In this document: in pieces, positions 59,842 to 64,000 of the stretch
Layout of the letters: each line of letters opens with the position of its first letter
How positions within the stretch are numbered: position 1 is the stretch's first letter
From: Pristiophorus japonicus
Taxonomy: Eukaryota
Direction of reading: 5' to 3'
NCBI RefSeq assembly: GCF_044704955.1
Contig: NC_091999.1
Span: 38,564,001 to 38,628,000 of the forward strand
DNA length: 64,000 bases
Program-made: the position numbers and the translations under genes
Notes under the pieces: model-generated
Databases searched by the model: none
What the model was told of the DNA's origin: nothing
The model's input: the letters and a program-made list of their open reading frames with translations, nothing else

Positions 59842-62800
59842 TGTTAAGTCCAGAAAAAGTAATATGATTGAGTACTGTCGATGTGAGTAAGTGTGACCTG
59901 TCTCTTTATTCTAACTTCAGAGTGCACGTACAACATGGAAGGTCTGCTTATATACAGTGCTCCCAAGGGACGCTGGGATCTCTTGGGACTCCAACAGATA
60001 CGCCCTGTGGTGGTGGTAGAATTCTGGTTACATAGGGTTGCATACATAATATCACTCCCTCCAAAAGTCAACAGGACACTTATTTGCAAGTTGAGACGAT
60101 CTGGGGCTTTTTGCTCCTGAGCCGATCATCTCAGTACAAATGCAGATGCAGGTGAGTTGGTTGATTCTTCGCTGGGCTGCTGCGCAGCTGACCTTGCTGG
60201 GCTGCTGGGGATGATGAGTTCAGCTTCGTGGTCTGCAATGATGTTGGTTGCAACTTGTGTGTGCTTCGGAGGGCCGAAGTTGGTTGCTTGTGGCTGTCTG
60301 TGAATCGCAGTTTTGTTTGGTCCAAATGCTTTCTGCAAGTTATTCCATTTGCGAGTTTGACCTGAAACACCCTCCTCCCTTCTTTGGTTATGACAGTGCC
60401 AGCAAGCTATTTGGGACCATGTCCATAGTTGAGTACAAATACAGGGTCATTGACATCAATATTGCGTTACAAATTTGTGAGACCACAGAACATGCTTTGT
60501 TGATGCCTCCTGCCCTCGACTTGATCATGGAGATCAGGGTGAACGAGAGAAAGCCTTGTTTTGAGCACCCTTTTCAGGAGCAGCTCAGCTGGGGAACCCC
60601 GGTGAGAGCATGGTGTCTGATGCAGTGGCTGAGCAGGACTCGGACAGGTGGGTCTGCAGGCAGCCTTTTGACATGTGTTTCAAGCTTTGCTTGATGGTTT
60701 GGACTGCACGTTCTGTCTGGCCATTGGATGCGGGCTTGAACGGGGCAGATGTGATGTGCTTGATCCCATTGCGTGTCATGAATTCCTTGAATTCAGCGCT
60801 GGTGAAGCATGGCCCATTGTCGCTGACAAGGACATCAGGCAGGCCGTGCGTGGCTGGTAGGTTTTCGAGGATGGCAGTGGACGTGCTTACAGACATTATT
60901 ACACACTCAATCCAGTTAGAATAAACATCCACAAGAACGAAGAACATTTTGCCTAGAAATGGGCCAGCAAAGTTAACGTGAATCCTAGACCACGGTTTGG
61001 AGGGCCATGACCACAAACTTGGGTGCTCTGGGTGCACTGCTCAGTTGCGAGCAAGTGGTGCATTGGCGCACACAAGACTCCAAATCTGAGTCTATATTGG
61101 GCCACCACACATAGTGTCTGGCTATAGCTTTCATCATTACTATGCCTTGGTGGGCACAGTATAGGTCGCGTTTGAACATTTTCCTGCCTTTCTTGGGCAA
61201 AACCACGTGATTACCCCACAAAAGAAAGTCCGTCTGTCTGGACATTTCGTCTTTACTCCGCTGGAACAGCTTGATCTCTTCATGCATCTCCGCTGGGACG
61301 CTGGACCAGCTCCCATGGAGGATACACTTTTTACAAGGGACAGTAAAGGATCCTGGCTGGTCCTGGACCTGATCTGGCGGCTGTAACGGGTGACTTTTCA
61401 TTTTCAATTGCATCCATCATCAAGAGCAAGTCTGCAGGCTGCGCCATTTCCATCCCGGTGGTGGGAAAAGTAGCCGACTGAGGGCATCAGCGCTGTTGTC
61501 TGTGCCTGACCAGTGGTTAATTACATACTTATATGCATACAGCGTGAGCGCCCATCTTTGAATGCGAGCAGAAGCATTGGTTTTAATACCTTTGCTCTCT
61601 GTGAATAGCGATATGAGCGGCTTATGGTGAGTTTCTAACTCGAACTAAAGCCCAAACAGATACTGGTGCATTTTTTCACCTCGTAAACGCATGCCAGAGC
61701 TACTTTTTCAATCATGCTGTAGGTCCTTTCGGCCTTGGACAAACTCCTGGTCGCATAGGCGACCGGTTGCAATGTTCCCAATTCGTTTGCTAATTGTAAC
61801 ACCCGCCCGGCCCTGTACAAAGTTGCATCGCAAGCTAGCACTAAACGTTTACATGGATCATACAGGACAACCAGTTTGTTGGAATATAACAGATTTCGGG
61901 CTTTCTCAAAAGCAGTATCTTTTGATTTCCCCCGTGCCTAATAATCTCCTTTGCGCAGCCACATGTGTAGAGGTTCTAGCAAGGTGCTTAACCCGGGTAG
62001 GAAATTACCAAAATAATTGAGGAGCCCCAGGAACGACCACAACTCCGTCACATTCTGTGGTCTCGGCGCGTTCTTCATGGCCTCCATCTTGGCGTCAGTG
62101 AGTCTGATGCCATCTGCCACAATTCTTCTCCCTAAGAACTCGACCTTTGGCGCCAGGAAAAGACACTGCGAGCGTTTCAACCTGAGTCCCACATGATCTC
62201 GCTGACTTAGAACCTCTTCCACGTTCTGCAAGTGCTCGATGTTGTCTCAACCTGTGATCAGTATATCATCCTGAAAACCACGATGTGCAGAACCGAATGT
62301 AGCAGATTCTCCATGTCCCTTTGAATAATAGCCGCGGTCGATCGAATTCCAAATGGGCATCTAATGTCGATGAACACACCTTTGTGCGTGTTGATGCAGG
62401 TGAGGTCTTTTTTTTAAGATTCCGCCAGCTCCTGTGCCATGTAGGCCGAGGTCAGATCCAATTTGGTAAATATCTTTCCTCCTGCCAGTGTCGCAAATAG
62501 TTTGTTTGCCTTGGGTTGCTGGTACTGGTCCTGCAGCAAAAAATGGTTAATCGTTAATTTATAGTCCCCGCCTATTCTGACCGTGACATTGCCCTTGAAA
62601 ACCAGAGCAATCTGACTGGCCCATTCGTTGAACTCCACCAGTGCGATGATGTCCTCCCATTGCAGTCTGTCTCACTCGATCTCCACTTTCTCTCGCATCA
62701 TATATGTCACTCCCCGTGCCTTGTGATGGATGGGTCATGTACCGGGAATCAAGTGGATCTGCACCTTTCCCCTCAAGCAACTTCCGATCCCTGGCTCAAA

Positions 62801-64000
62801 CAATGATGGACTCTTGCTCAGAACCTGGGCACATGAGGCGTCATCGATGGATGAAAGCGCTCGGATGTCATCCCAGTTCCAGCGTATTTTTCGCAGCCAG
62901 CTTCTGCCGAACAATGTGGGGGCATCTCCTGACACTATCCTTAGTGGTAGTTCATGTACTGTTCCATCATAACAGACTTTTAATACGGTGCTGTTAATTA
63001 CAGGGATCAGCTCTTTCATGTAAGTTTTCAGCTTGGTGTGATGGGGCTCAGCTTGGGCCTGTCGAAGGCTCTTTTCTCATGATGGACTGACTCGTACCCA
63101 TGTCCAATTCTATGGATACTGGAATTCCGTTCAGTTCAACATTTAACATGATCGGTGGACATTTCGTGGTGAAGGTGTGTACCCCGTACACTTCTGCCTC
63201 CTCGGTTTGAGTCTCTAGTTCTGTTTGATCTACCATGGATCGGTCTTCCACTGCAATGTGGTGCTGTGCAGTGTTTGCAGCTTATCTGCACATTCGCTGG
63301 AGGTGTCCCATTGTTTCACAGCTTTTGCACGCATAGTGTTTGAAGCTGCATTGATGGGCTCGATGATCAGCTCCGCAGTGCCAACAAGCTGTTAACTGCC
63401 TCGCATTAACGCTTGATGGCAGATTCTGAGTCATCTGAGATCATGCAGCTGCAGGCGTGTACATTCTGCCATATGCATTCCTGCCTGAAAACGATGTTAC
63501 TTTGTGTACAATACTTGCCGAAACATCTGATTGTTGCGAAATTTGTTTGGTGTTATCGCTGGTGGAATAAATGCCTAGGTTATCATTATGCCTTTGCTCA
63601 GGTGCAGTGTTTCAACAGTCAATAGTTTGCGAAGGATATCCTAATGCCCAATGCTAAGCACAAAAAATCTCTTAGCATTTACTCCAGGCATCCATCAAAT
63701 TCGCAATGTCCTGCAAGGTGCGTTATTTCGCCGACGTAGCTCACCACTTCCTGGCCTTGAGACCGTTGACATGTGTAAAACCGATACCTTGCCATCAGAA
63801 TGCTCTCCTTCGGATTTCGGTGCTCCTGGACCAGCCGACACAGTTCTTCATACCATTTGGTTGTTGGTTTCACCGGAGCAAGAAAATTCTTCATGAGCCA
63901 TAGGTTGTTGCCCCGCAGAGAGTGAGGAGGATCGCCCTTTGTTTGGCAGCGTTCACATTCCCTGCCAGCTCGATGGCCATGAAGTATTAGTCGAGTCGCT
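59842..64000 (-). mobile_element. Ty3/Gypsy LTR retrotransposon, degenerate; continues beyond the window
   Basis: Order gag (63679..63894, CWHC knuckle ~63360), protease (LDMG, 63048..63251), RT, RNase H (LACDA..YA..LSKAE..YS), integrase (60585..61037), PPT (~60052-60068), 3' LTR 59842-60051 with TATA and AATAAA on -. Confidence 0.92.

Overview
Repeat-rich genomic DNA from a cartilaginous fish (shark-type sequence) carrying one complete immunoglobulin mu (IgM) heavy-chain cluster on the + strand at about 10.1-28.9 kb: promoter, leader, VH with a 23-RSS, a J-containing segment, Cmu1-Cmu4 with secretory tail, TM1 and TM2. The cluster is unusual in three ways. (1) No separate D segments are visible; 472 bp after VH, a 12-bp-spacer RSS precedes a 65-nt open segment ending in JH, suggesting a germline pre-joined D(D)J that needs only one light-chain-like V-to-DJ join. 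(2) Cmu4 has an in-frame TAG. (3) TM2 has apparently lost one base at its acceptor, replacing the VK* tail with a potential 68-codon tail. A full-length young CR1 LINE with TATA-containing 62-bp 5' monomers sits head-to-head about 0.4 kb upstream of the leader ATG. Downstream are a decayed ~2.4-kb tandem array of tRNA-Leu/Ser/Asp pseudogenes, two ERV-like remnants (LTR + tRNA-Arg PBS + gag-like ORF; env-like region + LTR), many CR1, L2, RTE and Deu-SINE fragments, several mini/satellites, and a degenerate Ty3/Gypsy element running off the right end. Ig exon, RSS and PBS coordinates were counted by hand; boundaries of old repeats are approximate. Family assignments rest on motif recognition from memory, not on database searches.
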